Positions 1-13,100 of a stretch of 64,000 nt of DNA are shown here, piece by piece. Numbering within the stretch: the first letter of the stretch is position 1; every line of letters begins with the position of its first letter. This stretch comes from Psammoneis japonica (lineage: Eukaryota), in assembly GCA_008632985.1 (NCBI GenBank), contig QPGO01000093.1:186001-250000 (forward strand). The letters are read 5' to 3'. Below the pieces are notes generated by a model that made no database searches, had not been told where the DNA came from, and saw only the letters and a list, made by a program, of their open reading frames with translations. The translations under genes were made by a program, and so were the position numbers.

Positions 1-2380
1 CAGCTCATGACATTGTCACAATTTGCACTTTCACTCTCATGACTGCCTTGGGATTCATGGGTTTGTGGCTCAACGTTAAATGCGGAGATCTCTTGGTGTC
101 AGTTCGGGGCTGGCGCTGGTGTTGGCTGTGCCACACAGCTGGGGGGCAGCTGCTGGTGGCAACATGGCTGTAGAAAGTGGCCTTTGGTCATGCAGCAGTT
201 AAGGGCATGGCTTGCAGGCCAAGTTTGCCAGTGCATGGGCAGTCATTTGCACAGCTCAAGCTTCAATCAATTTGTTGGTTTTCTTTTGTGCATTCACTGC
301 TGCTGGGGGGGGGGGCATTGTCAGAATTGAGCTCTCAGGTGTGTGCGCAGCTGGTGCATGCTGACATGTGTGATGTCTGTTCTGGGATGGATGCAGAAAA
401 GCAGACCAAGCAAGCAAGAGAATTCAAGAGTGTCTTTGAGAGCATTGTGGCCAAAGGGTGCTGTTGACTTGCACACCCCGATTGAGCCACACCTCTCTCA
501 TGTGGTTGTTTGGTGCCAATTGAAAGATGAGTTCCAGTGCTTTAGGGGGGAACTTGCTGTGAGGAACTGTGGTGACATTTTGCATTTTTCATGTCTCAGT
601 GTGCAAAGCTCATGTGCGCATTTGCACAACTTTGGATTCAATGTGTCTGTGGAGCACAAACACGCTTCACAGATTTCCAAAATTTTCAATGTGAACAAGA
701 GGGACAGCAGTGCCACAAAAGTGGTCTTCTTTTGTTTTGATGTCAATGACAAATGCGCTCATTGCCTGGTGCATGAGCTGCAGAGCTCTCATGCACAGAA
801 CTCTGTGATGGGGGGACAAATGTGTCCAAAACTTTCCCATCTGGAGCCACATCAAAAGAACATTCTCTGGTTGCATGTTGCCTCCCACCCCCCCCACACT
901 GGAGCTGAAGGAGTCATTGCTGCACCTGCTGATCCAGGCACAGCTAGAATGTGTGTGCTCACACTGGAAAAACTGCCAGTGTGGCACACACCTGCAATGA
1001 TGGGTGCTTCAACCAACCAGCTGACAAACCCAACACAGAGTGTCACATGACAAGCACACCATCACTTGGGGCACAAGAATGCCTGCTTGAAATCAAGGTG
1101 CTGGGCAAAGTTGTCATGGAGCCACTAAAATGACAAGCACAAAAAACTCACAGCCTGGATCTAAAACTGCCTCCAAAGAAGACAACAAGACAGCTGTTCA
1201 CTTTTTGGCTGCCCATGTTGAGACATTCATTTGAACAGTCAGCAGCTCTCCTCAGACAGCAAAGTTTCTGAGTCTCCTTGCTCTTTTGCTGTTCTTTTGG
1301 TGACAGCATTGTGCAAGAGCCCACCCAGATGGCGTTGTTGTGTGTGATGGGTTCATCCAGAGAGAATCAACTCAAGCACACCAAAGTTGTCTCCCCTTTC
1401 CCACATTGAAAATAGAGAGATGGAAAAGAGGCAAGGTGTGCCATGTTGCATGATGGCACAAACACTTTGAAAATGGAAAACTGGACAACAAGTTGGCACA
1501 AGAGCCTGGAGAGCCTGCGTGTGCTGAGCAGTGTGCATGCCACCACTGCTGTTCTTGTTGACAAGCAAGAAGGCACCCTCATCTGCCCATGAGAGGGCAA
1601 GCAGCAGATTGCAGAAATGGGAACCTGCAGTGCTGAACTTTCACAACACCGCATGCTTCCAACCTCAGCTGCATGCACAGTTGAAATTTGTGCAGTTGAA
1701 TGCAGAGTTGAAGAGGAGCTTGTGGGGAAAGGAAGGGAACAGCAGAGGGGGGCACAGAACAAGCAGCTGCAGCAGCAGGAGAGCAGAAAGGCTGCAATGT
1801 GCAGGGCATTTGGCACAGAAGAAGCAGGGGGGAGATGAGCCAGTGTGTGAAGAGAGGAGGAGGCAAAGTGAAGGGTGCACATGAAAAGATGGCAAACTGG
1901 GTTGTGGCCAAGTGTTTGAACAGCCCACCAAGAAGGAGAGGTGGGGTGGTGTGTGCTGCCAAAGTGCCAATCACTGGAAAGGCAGCTCCAGGTGAAATCA
2001 GCAAAAGGGAGAGAGGGGCAGATGGCGACATTGGGGCTTGAAGAAAGAACATTGTTCAGAGTTTTGCAGAGGTTAGAGGAGGAGGACCTGGGGGGCTTGG
2101 GCTGGGAGCAGGCAGAGGAGAGTGAAGAGCCAAAGAAAAATTGATGGCAGCCAAAAGAAGCTGGGACAATCAAAGCGATCAATGGCAAAGAGGGAAGAAG
2201 AAGGAAGATGCTGTCGTCATTGTTGAGCAAAGCAACAACAAGGGATCCATCAGCAGAAGATGCAGGAGGTCCAAGAAACTTCAGTCTCGTGCTCGGTTGG
2301 GTGCCTCTCATTCAGTTAAAACAGGAGAGCAGAGGGAGCAGGCAGACAAGGAGGAGGGCGAGCTAAAAGGAGCTTGGGGA
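1..2380. repeat. TpA/CpG-depleted, TpG/CpA-rich degenerate block (probable decayed repeat or mobile DNA, family not identified)
   Basis: 4 TA dinucleotides in the first 600 nt by hand count. ORFs are Cys/His-rich and lack Tyr. Composition returns to normal near 2390. Confidence 0.75.
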
Positions 2381-2666
2381 TGGAACGGTGACGTCGACAA
2401 CGGCCCGCACGGGCTGGCGACCTAAGATCCATTCCGAATTCCATTCCCAGAACCAGATGATGACGTCGCTGTCACTTAAAGGGAAAAGATTGAAACATGC
2501 TTCCGTCTTCTTCGGACCACGTCGTCGGCACTTTCAACCACAAAGCCATGACCACATCAGCCCCAACGTTCGGAAATCTTTCACGACGCCACTGGATGGC
2601 CTCTAGGATTCGGCGTTGCTTTTTCCACCTCGCCGTTCATAATCTCAAGAACGAAAGCATAACGAA

Positions 2667-4043
2667 ATGAAGAGAAATCGGGCTCTGTCACTGAGCTTGC
2701 TCCTCACATGGCCGATGAACATACAATCGGCATTTCTGGCTTCTCAACCAGCACACAGAGTCGAGACAAGGTCTCACATGTCTTCCGTCGTGCAAGACGA
2801 ACAATCTACAAAACCGACAAACGTTGAAAATGATCCAGTTCTAGAAATTGGGAAGTCGTTTGTCCCCACGACATTTAATCCTCATCCGTTCCTGAGAAAC
2901 AACCACCTGCAAACAATCGGAGGGGTATTTTTGCGAAATATACCCGACTGTGCGTACACGACAAAGACTGGCAACTTTCTGAGTGATTGGACCAGTCTTG
3001 CGTCAGTCATAACGTCTGCAATCTCGGGTCAGACAGAGAAAAAGGTTGCGTCCGAATGCACCTATTGGGACGAGCGACAACGAGTGGAGACACCCGACGG
3101 AGATTTCTTTCATGTCGATCACAAGTATCAAACCAAATCATCGTCACGAGGCCTTGTTGTCCTGTTACATGGCTTGGAGTCTAATTCGAACTCCTCTCTT
3201 TCCATTGACATGTCCAAGGCATTTCACAATCTTGGCATGGATGTTGCGTGCATCAACAACCGCGGATGCTCCGGAGAAGACAATATAAAACTGGGCATGT
3301 ACCACGCTGGCTTTACCCAAGATATCAAACAGTTTCTATCCATGCAGACGCAACCGATTTATCTTTCGGGTTTTTCTCTTGGTGCCAATCAAGTGCTCAA
3401 AACACTGGGCGAGCTCGGGTCGGATGCCAGGGAAAAATACAACATTCAAGGCGCAGCTGTCACTGGAGCTCCCTTTGATATGGAACGCAACATCAAGTTT
3501 GTCGATGCACCCGGATTCAATAAAAGAGTATATGCCGGCAATTTTCTCAAAACTATGAAGAAAAAGTGCCACAACAAGCTCGTCCAGCATTGTGACGGCA
3601 ACCCCGACACAACTGTGTTTGACTATAATCGAGTGATGCAGGCCGACACGATTGCAGAAGTCGAGAATGGTTGGCTTGCGCCGGTTTACGGATTCAAGGA
3701 CAATATTGATTACTACAGACAAGTATCGTGTGGGTACTTTTTGAAAGGCATAACCGTACCCACGCTCATTGTGAATGCCAAGGATGACCCCTTCTTCGAT
3801 CCATCCTACTTTCCAGGAGAGGTTGGATGCGACGGTGACGGTGTTGCACCCATCAAAATGATTCGAACAGACTTTGGCGGTCATTTGGGATTTATCTTTC
3901 ACCAGCGAGAGCCAAATGAAGCATCCTTTGGTGCGAGAGTAAATGGAAGTAATGGAGAATCACAGTCATGGACATCGTCTTCCTGGATGCCGAGCGAATT
4001 GGCTCGCTTTGTCGACCATGTCCAAGATTCAATCGAGTCTTAG
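2667..4043 (+). CDS. Alpha/beta-fold hydrolase, YheT/ABHD1-3-like, possibly plastid-targeted
   Basis: NNHLQTI, LLHGLES, NNRGCSG, GFSLGA nucleophile motif, NAKDDPF, GGHLGF. N-terminal signal peptide followed by SAFL. Confidence 0.9.
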   Translation: MKRNRALSLSLLLTWPMNIQSAFLASQPAHRVETRSHMSSVVQDEQSTKPTNVENDPVLEIGKSFVPTTFNPHPFLRNNHLQTIGGVFLRNIPDCAYTTKTGNFLSDWTSLASVITSAISGQTEKKVASECTYWDERQRVETPDGDFFHVDHKYQTKSSSRGLVVLLHGLESNSNSSLSIDMSKAFHNLGMDVACINNRGCSGEDNIKLGMYHAGFTQDIKQFLSMQTQPIYLSGFSLGANQVLKTLGELGSDAREKYNIQGAAVTGAPFDMERNIKFVDAPGFNKRVYAGNFLKTMKKKCHNKLVQHCDGNPDTTVFDYNRVMQADTIAEVENGWLAPVYGFKDNIDYYRQVSCGYFLKGITVPTLIVNAKDDPFFDPSYFPGEVGCDGDGVAPIKMIRTDFGGHLGFIFHQREPNEASFGARVNGSNGESQSWTSSSWMPSELARFVDHVQDSIES

Positions 4044-4202
4044 TCGCACAACCTGTCGCTCTTTTATGACACGACCCTGATATTCAAAATTTAAGGCATA
4101 GATTGACATAGATTCAACATTAATTTAGATTTAACAACACTTTCAACAAGACTGGTCACCTATTCAATCTCCCTGATACAATCAACCTGATACGTAACTA
4201 CC

Positions 4203-5222
4203 TTACACTTCCGGAGGAGGATTCTCCTGGAGCGTCATGGACGCTGTGTCGGCAAGATAATCCTTAAAGCCTTCCGACTTCTTTCCCGTTAGAGTTTCAA
4301 TGTCGTCCGAATAGGCCGATGCGTACTCCTCGACACCGCTCGCCTTGACTTGCTCAATATTGGCAAGATCCTTAATAACCCAGGCCGGAAAGCCACGCTC
4401 CTTGAGTTCATCTTCCAACTCGTGCTTACCGAGTGCCACATGTTCAATGGGCTTGTCGTAAAACTTGGAGAGGAGCTTGCAGACTTCGGCGTCACGAATG
4501 GGCCGTTCGGCCGTGAGCTGGTAGGTCTTGTTCTTGTGCTTCTTCTTGCTCACCAAGACATTGACTGCAGCCCTGGCCACAGAGTTGGGGCTCACGTAGT
4601 TGACGCCCATGGCGTACGAGGCCGTCACATACTTGGCACCTTCTTCTTCACGCATGGCAGCTCCTTGCTGGATCAAGGGAGTAGACATGAGATGCGACGT
4701 GCGCAACAACGTGTAAGTCATGCGCGATGGCATCGCAGGGTGACACAGGTGTTCGTCACAACCGCGATGAAACTGCACATAGGGGACGGTCTTGTTATAG
4801 TCATCACTCTGGTTCACCTCGTAAAAGGACATCTTGACAAAGTGCTCGACGTTGTACTTGCGACAAGCAGAAACAAACTTGTCGAAGGTAGCAGCTGTTT
4901 CCTTCATGCGAGGGAGGGTACAAAAGACAGACTTGACACCGGCAAGCGCCATTTTGTATTCATCCGCGTCGGTCCAATCAAAAGCGATGACCGTGGCGCC
5001 CAACCCTTCGAGCTCTTCAGCGACCGTCTGGCCAATGGAGTTGTCGACGTTGACCTGGCGTTCACCCTTCCAGATGCCGACACGAACTTCCTTATGCCCA
5101 GCTTCAAGCAACCCCTTGGCGACGCGGTGTCCGATCACGGAAGTTCCCGACATGATAAAGCATGTTCCCAAGTCCTCTTCGATCGTGACCCCCAGAGGGT
5201 CGAGTTTCTTCATAAAGGCCAT
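4203..5222 (-). CDS. NmrA-like atypical SDR / NAD(P)-binding protein
   Basis: FIMSGTSVIGHRVAKGL Rossmann-like motif, ALAGVKSVF, VEHFVKMS, NYVSPNSVARAAVNVL, KNKTYQLT. Start placed at MAFMKK. Confidence 0.8.
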   Translation of the reverse strand: MAFMKKLDPLGVTIEEDLGTCFIMSGTSVIGHRVAKGLLEAGHKEVRVGIWKGERQVNVDNSIGQTVAEELEGLGATVIAFDWTDADEYKMALAGVKSVFCTLPRMKETAATFDKFVSACRKYNVEHFVKMSFYEVNQSDDYNKTVPYVQFHRGCDEHLCHPAMPSRMTYTLLRTSHLMSTPLIQQGAAMREEEGAKYVTASYAMGVNYVSPNSVARAAVNVLVSKKKHKNKTYQLTAERPIRDAEVCKLLSKFYDKPIEHVALGKHELEDELKERGFPAWVIKDLANIEQVKASGVEEYASAYSDDIETLTGKKSEGFKDYLADTASMTLQENPPPEV

Positions 5223-7933
5223 GGTTGATGAGGTGTCGTTCCTGGATCTTCTTTTGTGACAACAGCGCAACCACGCAAGCTGGAAAACGAGAAAATCTTT
5301 TCTTCGTTCTAAAATCGTGTACATAGAATTTGTACCAGCAACTCACGTGCACTTGGTTTATAAAGCATGCAATGATGAAGAACAGTATAAAAATTTCAAT
5401 CGCGAGTGAACGTACCGGTAGGGCCTACGTAGCCCTACGGTATCTTTGCTACCGTACAGCATGGTACTGCACGAGCATTCAATCGCGCGAAACAGTCAAT
5501 GACTCAGCCGACTGAACGATTGACATCTGCCTGTGGACATTCGGATAGAGGGCAAGACCGGAGAACCATCGGTGAAAACGAAACAAGTCTCGAGCACACC
5601 GTTAGAGCGCCAAGCACTCCAACTTTCGGCTGAAACCTGGAGCAAAAATGAAAATTGAAGAAAAGTTGTGGGATGGCCGCTCTTGTTGATGTGCTTTTTT
5701 GTTTCCCGAGGGACAGGCAAAAAGACTGCCTTTCTGTGCCAGCCAGTCAGTCAGCCAGCCAGTCAGTCAGACTGTTGCCATCAGGGAGCATTTTGTGCTG
5801 CAGCTCAGATGTGGCAGAGCTGGTGGTTTTCTTGCAGATGGCTTGCCACCAAAAAGGAAGAGATGGGGGTGTCCTCAAAGCACTTGAGATTGACAAAAGC
5901 CCTGCAGCATGCAAAAGAGCAAAAAGCACTTGTCAGAGCAGGCCATCTGGGAAACAAACACTGCCTTTGACAAGTCTTTCATCCATGCCAAGCTTCAGCT
6001 TTTTGTGCCTTTGTTGACCACGCAACCCTGGCAGTTTCTTTGAAAAGCACAGCAGTGGCAACACACACCATTTGAAAATGCCCCTTGGGATCTCTTCAGC
6101 AAAGCAGGTGCGTCATTTCTGAGCAACACGCATCTTGCCAAGTGAGCTGAACACTGGGAAGATGCTGGTGCAGCTTTTTTTTTTCATTTGTGGCTCTGCA
6201 CATTGTGGCATGGGCTCTCATCAAGATGAGCGCCACTCTCCAGAGCTCATGTTTTCAGCAAAATGCTTGGTGTTGCTGATGCACACTCCAGCTCCAGGTG
6301 GGAATTTTTTTGAACATTTGTCCTGCAGAATTCTGCACGTGAGCTCTGCAGTTTGCACACTGGGTGGCAAACACACACATGAATGCTGCAACTCTTCATG
6401 TGCTGAACATTTTGGAAAACTCACAAACACAACACACCGGAGAACACAGAAGCTGCGTGACAAGCGTCAGAAGCTGTTTTCTTGAGTGGGGGTGGCCCAA
6501 CAAAATGGTGCCATAAACTGGCACAAAACAAATGTCTAAAGTTGAGCCACTGGGTGAGAAAAGAAGAGGGTTGTTGACATTGTGAAAGTTTCCATGACAA
6601 ACACATTGCCAGAAAGTGGAGAAAAGCTCTTTCTTGTGGCACACACTGACCCAAGCAGCAAACTGCTTGCTTTTGTTGCGGCACACGCAAGTGTGAAACT
6701 CAGTCAGTTTTTGTTGAAGACAAGGCCCATCCTTGGAAGCAAGGTTCTTCTCCCAGAGTTTGTGCTGATTTTGGATCCTCTTCTTGGCACAACTGCCCTT
6801 TGCTGTGTTGGTTTGGGTTCTTTGCATCCTCTCCAAAAGAAAAAAAACAACCTTGCTCTTGTGCAATTTCATCTCAACCAGTTGTCTCCAGTGTGTGTTG
6901 CTGCGAAGTGGTGCATTGACCACCAGATTGCATGAGCTTCCGCCGCACCCCTGGCGGCACACACTGGAAGCAAGTGTGGGGGTTGGCCAGTGCTGGCATT
7001 GCTGGGCAAAGGTGTGACAGCATGTAAAATCAGGTTTGAGCAAAGCTGGAAGCTGGAGTTTGATCAAAAAATCATTTCCTGGCTGTGCAATTCTTTGTGT
7101 GAGAAACTCTGGTTTGAGTTTTTTTTTGCTCAAGCACTTGCACGACAACCCTCTTTTTCTCACCCAGTGGCTCAGCTGCAGCTGTGGGGGCATGTGCAAA
7201 TTTTGTGTGAAGGTGTCAAAAAGTGCAAGATGTCACAGTTCCTCCCCACTGCAAGCCCTCCCACCTGGGAGAGCTGGAGTTCATGTCTGCTTGACAAGAT
7301 GTCATGAGGCTCACAGCTGATTTGCAATTTGCAAACTTCCACAGAGAAGAGCTTGTGACTTGGTGTCTGGCTTTGCTGCCATGGCCAAAGACAAAGCAGC
7401 AGCTCGCCCTTGCATCTTTGTGGTGTTCAAAGCAAAGTTGTGCTCTTCCCCAGCATCAGATGGAAAGCAGTGTGCTGTTGCAAGCAAAAGAGCCAGTGCT
7501 CATCTTTGAGGTGTTCCAAAGGTGTGCTCACAACATGGTTCATGGGCAAGGCTGTCACAAAAAAATGTCCTGTGAGCCAATCAACAAGGTCAGCACCCCT
7601 TGCATGGCTTTGCACACAGCAGACAGAAGCTGGCAAACCTGGCAGACACCTTCTTGCTTGCAAGCTCTGCCTTGTTGTCCAAAATGGAGAAACAAAAAAA
7701 ATGCATCCACAGAAAGGCAGAAAAAAGCAGCTCTTCATGTTGCTGCTCCTTTTCTTCAGGTGAAATTGTAAAAACTAAAATGCCAGTTTGAAGACATGCC
7801 AAATGTGCAAAATGTGGCAAGTTGTGTGAATGTCATTTCCACAAAAAACTCTGGCAAGCTCTGGAACAGGCCAGGTGCCAATCAAGGGCGGATTGTTGTT
7901 TTGTGGTTGATTTTGTTTAGAGTTCGCAGACAT

Positions 7934-8389
7934 TTAACGCCGCATCCACGGATTCACCAGGCAACACTCGGGCATGGCAAAAAGTGTGCATTTGGTCAAA
8001 ATTGATTGTTGAGTGCAAATGGTGGTGTCTTTGGGGTCCCTTCAGTGAGCCGATCATGCACATTTCTTGTCTGACCATCACAGGTCGTCTTAATGGGGGA
8101 TGTCAAAACGTCGTGCTTCAATGTGTGAATTTTCAATTTCACACAACCTCAACGGCTGAGTGCATCATGCAACGATTGATCCTTGAGACGTGTCAAAGCA
8201 CGACGTTTTGACACCCCCCACAAGACGGACCTGTGGTGGTCAAATGAGAAATGTGCGTGTTCGGCTCACTGAAGGGACCCCAAAGACACCACCATTTGCA
8301 CTCAATGATCGATTTTGACCAAATGCACACTTTTTGCCATGCCCAACTTTTGCCAATTTTGCCTGGTGAATGCGTGGATGCGGTGTTAA
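7934..8389. mobile_element. MITE-like element with ~185 bp inverted arms bounded by TTAA (possibly piggyBac-derived)
   Basis: 7934-8118 is the reverse complement of ~8196-8389 (e.g. GGTGGTGTCTTTGGGGTCCCTTCAGTGAGCCG / CGGCTCACTGAAGGGACCCCAAAGACACCACC). TTAA lies at both outer ends. Confidence 0.6.
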
Positions 8390-10119
8390 AAATGACCCGG
8401 ATTTGTTGCACTGACAATGCGCGCATTTGCCAACAAAAAATTCAGTGACAGGCCCAACTTTGTCTGTTTGCAAGACAACACAGAATGCACGTGAGATGAT
8501 TGCGACCATGCACAATGTGCAGCTTGTTGACTGCAAATTTGTCCACAGCAGGTCAAACGCCAATTGCCAGCATTTTCTGGAAAGTTGTGGCTCATCCACC
8601 ATGAACAGTCTAATTTTGGGGGAAAATGGCGGTTTGTTGCATGTGACAACTGCGGCAAACATGACAATTGGCATTTGAAGGTTGACATCTGCAGCTCACT
8701 TAGAGGTCCAACAGCCCTGATGGGGGCTGGGCACACTCACATGTGTCTGGGGGGTGCTCAGAGGCATCGCAAAATGACGCGGGCGAAGTGCGGGAAAATT
8801 CGAAAATCATGATCTGTTTTGAAAAAATGGTGCAAAACAATGACCCAGCCTTAAAAAAAGTCTGGTTCCAGATCCAGGTGATGCACACATGCGCTGTTTG
8901 TCAACTGGCTCATGTTGCTTTTTTGCAAACTCCTCTTCCTTCAACTTTGGTGCTTTGAAAAATTGCGGGGAGTGAGCAGCACACACAAGAAATTCCAACT
9001 TTGGCATTTTCAAAAATTGCAAGGTGAGCACACACAAGAAATTCTTTTTTGCCACTTGGGAAAAACCAGCCAAAGCCACACTTGTGGTTTTGAATTGGCG
9101 CGCAGCAAGGCCAAATTTGTCCAGCCATTTTGCGGTGGGCCATGGCTGCAGCTGTGCTTTTCAACAGGTGACTTCCCCCAAACAAAGCTGTGCACAGATT
9201 GTTGGCTGGCTGGTCTGGGAGTGCATTGCACCATCTGTCCTCCATCCACACATGACTCCACATTCCAGCCAGCAGCACCATTTGCTCCTCATTGCACACT
9301 TGGCTGGAAGTCTTCAGCTCAAACATCCATGGACAACAGCTGAGAGAGTGGCAACCAAGAGGTTGGCAGCAAACCAGCCCTCTTCATCCAGGAAAAGAAA
9401 AGGCAGGAGTGGAGTGATCAGACAGAAGGCAGTCTTGACTGCTGAGTCTGAGTGAGTTGGGAGAGTGACCTTGTCTGGGTTGTCTGCACAGCCCACATTC
9501 TTGGTGCTGCTGTTCCAGGTTGAGGTGTCAATTTCCATCATTTTGAAGTTCTCTGGGTCTGTGAACCCACTCCAACCAGGATGGCATGGAACATTTCCAC
9601 CTGGCTGTTGTTGGAGCCTCTTGTGCTGCTGCCAACCACGTGGTCATGGAGCAAGAAAGCTGCATTTCCATGGTCACTTGGCATGCTGTGCTGAGGAATG
9701 CCATGTCTTGTTCCAAATGCATTGACTGGATTGAGCCCACAATGGACTTGTGCAGGATGGCTTGCAGGGAACCCAGCTTGTGACCCACGCTGCTGCTCAA
9801 TGTGGGCAGTTTGCAAAGAAGTTGTTCCAGCCACATCTGGAAAATGTTGTGGCTCTTGTTCAGAGTTCATCTGTGCTGAACAAGAGCCCCCTGGGTTCTC
9901 AACAAGTGCTTGTTGACATTGAACAAAGCAAACCTGACAATTGTTTTTGCACTCCAAGTGGGAAAACACACTCAATCTGCAGGTCTCATTGTTTGTTTGA
10001 TCTTGATGAGATTGCAGCCACAGCGGTTCTGACATGATTTGGTTTGTGTCCACAATTGAACAAACATGCAAAGCAGGAAACAACAGCTGACAAAACTTGC
10101 AACTTGCACTTGTTTGTTC

Positions 10120-13100
10120 TTGACAAGGGTGCAACTGCTTTCTGACATTGCTCATTTCTGACAATGACAACGTTCACTCATCTCATTGAGATGCACATTG
10201 GCTGTGTGCTGCTTGCAATGTGATTTGTGCTGGCTGTGTTTTGTCATTTCTGCAGTGAACATGTTTTTGCCTCCTGTTTCCTGCTCTTCCCTCCTTGACT
10301 TTGTCCTGTCTCCTGCCAGTGCTCCCACGCCACAGTCACTCTCTGTCTTCACATGATGGTGTGATGTGCATTGTCCATTGCAACTGCTCTTTTGCTCACC
10401 ACAACCATGTCATTTGTTCCATGTCATGACCTTGTCTCTTTTGCTCATCATGCCAGTTTGCCAAAGCTTTGCTTGCAAAGAAGAGAAAAGAGCTTGCAAC
10501 AGATCCGAGCATTGTGTGTGTTTTGTTTTGAATGGGCTTGGCTTGGTGCAAATGACATTTCTGCTCACCTTTGTGTGCAACCTTGTCTCTTTCATTTTTC
10601 ATGCTGGCTTGCCAAAGCATTGCATGCAAAAAAGAGAAAAGAGTGCACAACAGATGAGAGCATTGTGTGTGTTTTGTTTTGAGTGTGCCTTGCGCAAATG
10701 CTGCTTCTGCTCACCTTTGAGTGGCCCCTGCAGGGCTGTTTTCCCTTCTGGCTTCCCTTGCATGTCAACATGTCCAAGTGGAAATGGGCAAAAGCACCAG
10801 TTGTTTGCATTGTTGCCCAAGCTCCATGCACTTGCCAACTCAGTTGCTGCCTCTCTCTCACCTTGCACCCCACATTGTCCTTCTCCTCCCCTGCCTCTGC
10901 TCTTCTGTTTCCTTCCCTCACTGCTGTCATTGTCGCGATGATGGATGAGCCCTGTGATTTGTGTTTTGTGTCTTGTTGGGCAATGATGATTTGTGTTTTT
11001 GCACCAATGTTGAGCCTGTCTGCCTGGTGATTCCTGTCAGCATTGCTTTTTAAGTGACAATTTTGTTTTGAAATTCCACACTCACACTTGGTTTTGCTGG
11101 TTTGAATGATTTAAAATGCTTGAATGAACCATCCAGTCATTGAGGTTTTGCGCATGTCTCTGCAGTTGGTCAATTTCTCAATTTTTGTTGTGTCAATGTG
11201 TTCTTGTTAAGATGGAAATTTTCACAGTCTTGCTGCCACACACCATCCAACTTCAATGCTCCGGGACTTCAATCTCCACAATCTGCTTGATGCTCTCACA
11301 ACCACATTTTCTTTTTGGTGTGTTGCAACAATGCCACCAAAAAAACATGTGAGCCATCACCATGGAGGTGGTGGTGGCCATCCTTGTGCTGCCAACTGCT
11401 CCAATTCTGACAGCGCTCTTGGCCATGGCGATGCAGGTGGGCTGGCAGGAGATCTCAAGCTGAGCCTCAGCCACAAGAGCACAGCAGGAGGAGCCCTCAG
11501 AGAAACCAAGGCTCTGCCAATGGAGCTGCTGCAGCAATGGCTGACAACACAGCAACCACTGCCACTGCTGCTGCCTCCATCAACAATGAAGCCAACTGCC
11601 TGCCACACCAGTGCAGCTGATGACCCCGCTCTCTGGGGCCATTCCACCTGAAGATCTCGAATTTCTCATGCATTGGCACAAAATTCCCGTGGTTGTTGTT
11701 GCATCCCCTGGCACCCAACAGAGTCTCCCACAGCCATCTCAAGACAACTGAGCACTTGTGCTGTCACACAGATGGCTCCATGGTCTCTGCACAGGTGTGT
11801 TGACTGGGCCAAAGATCCCCCAGCCAAGTCAAAAAGAAAAGGGGCCACATTGACACCACAAGACAAGGCCTTTGCTCCCCAACCAAGGTTGTTGTTGGCT
11901 CTCCTGGGACACAATGGAATCACCAAAGGCCAGAAACAGATGTCTGGGCACTTGTGCTGTCACACAGAAAGCTCCCTTGCCCATGCAGGTGGGGTGGCTG
12001 GGCCACCAAAGCAAGCCAATCACATCAGAAAGAAAAGGGGCTGCACTGACCTGAGACAAGGCTTTTCCATTGTTGTTGCCTCCTCCCAGACACAACAGAG
12101 TCTCTTGTGCCTGTCCCCAGAAAACTTGGTGCTTGCACTGTCACATGGATGGCTCCCTTGTCTTTCTTGCAGATTGAGCCACCAAAAGCCATCCCAAGAC
12201 AATGGAGTGCTTGCACTGTCACACAGATGGTTCCCTTGTCTTTGCAGGTTGGCTGGTGTCTCCACACTTTGTTCAGCTGGGCACCTTCTTGTGTGGAGGA
12301 ATCCTGCAAGGAGCTGCTGCTTCTGCCCAAGACAGGGCTTGCAGCTTCCAAAATCAAGAGTGCAAACACACCACAGTTGGGCCAAGAACCCACTCAACAA
12401 ATGCAGGCTGAGTGCATTCTTTGGGGTCCATGTCATGATGCAGGTGGCAGCAACTCAAACCAATGTGCACTGCTGGCAATGATGATGATCTGGCTTGGCA
12501 TTTGGCAAATGTTTGCTGGAACATGGGTGCACTGCCACCACATGCTCCACTTCAGTTTCTTGAGTGGCCTTGGCCTGTGCGCCATTTGTGCTTGTTGTTC
12601 TTGCTTCCCAACCATCTGTTGGACAGCACAAGTTCTCAGCTGTCTTGGGATGGGCACAAGAGACTCCATTGGGTCCCTGGGGAGGCAAGAACAACAAGCG
12701 TGAATGGCGCACAGGCCAAGGCCACTCAAGAAACTGAAGTGGAGCATGTGGTGGCAGTGCACCCATGTTCCAGCAAACATTTGCCAAATGCCAAGCCAGA
12801 TCATCATCATTGCCAGCAGTGCACATTGGTTTGAGTTGCTGCCACCTGCATCATGACATGGACCCCAAAGAATGCACTCAGCCTGCATTTGTTGAGTGGG
12901 TTCTTGGCCCAACTGTGGTGTCTTTGCACTCTTGACTTTGGAAGCTGCAAGCCTTGTCTTGGACAGCAGCAGCAGCCCCTTGCAGGATTCCTCCACACAA
13001 GAAGATGCCCAGCTGAACAAAGTGTGGAGGCACTGACCAACCTGCAAAGACAAGGGAACCATCTGTGTGACAGCGCAAGCACTCCATTGTCTTGGGATGG

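Noticed and set aside
4350..5228. 292-aa plus-strand ORF
   Set aside because: Antisense shadow of the NmrA-like gene.
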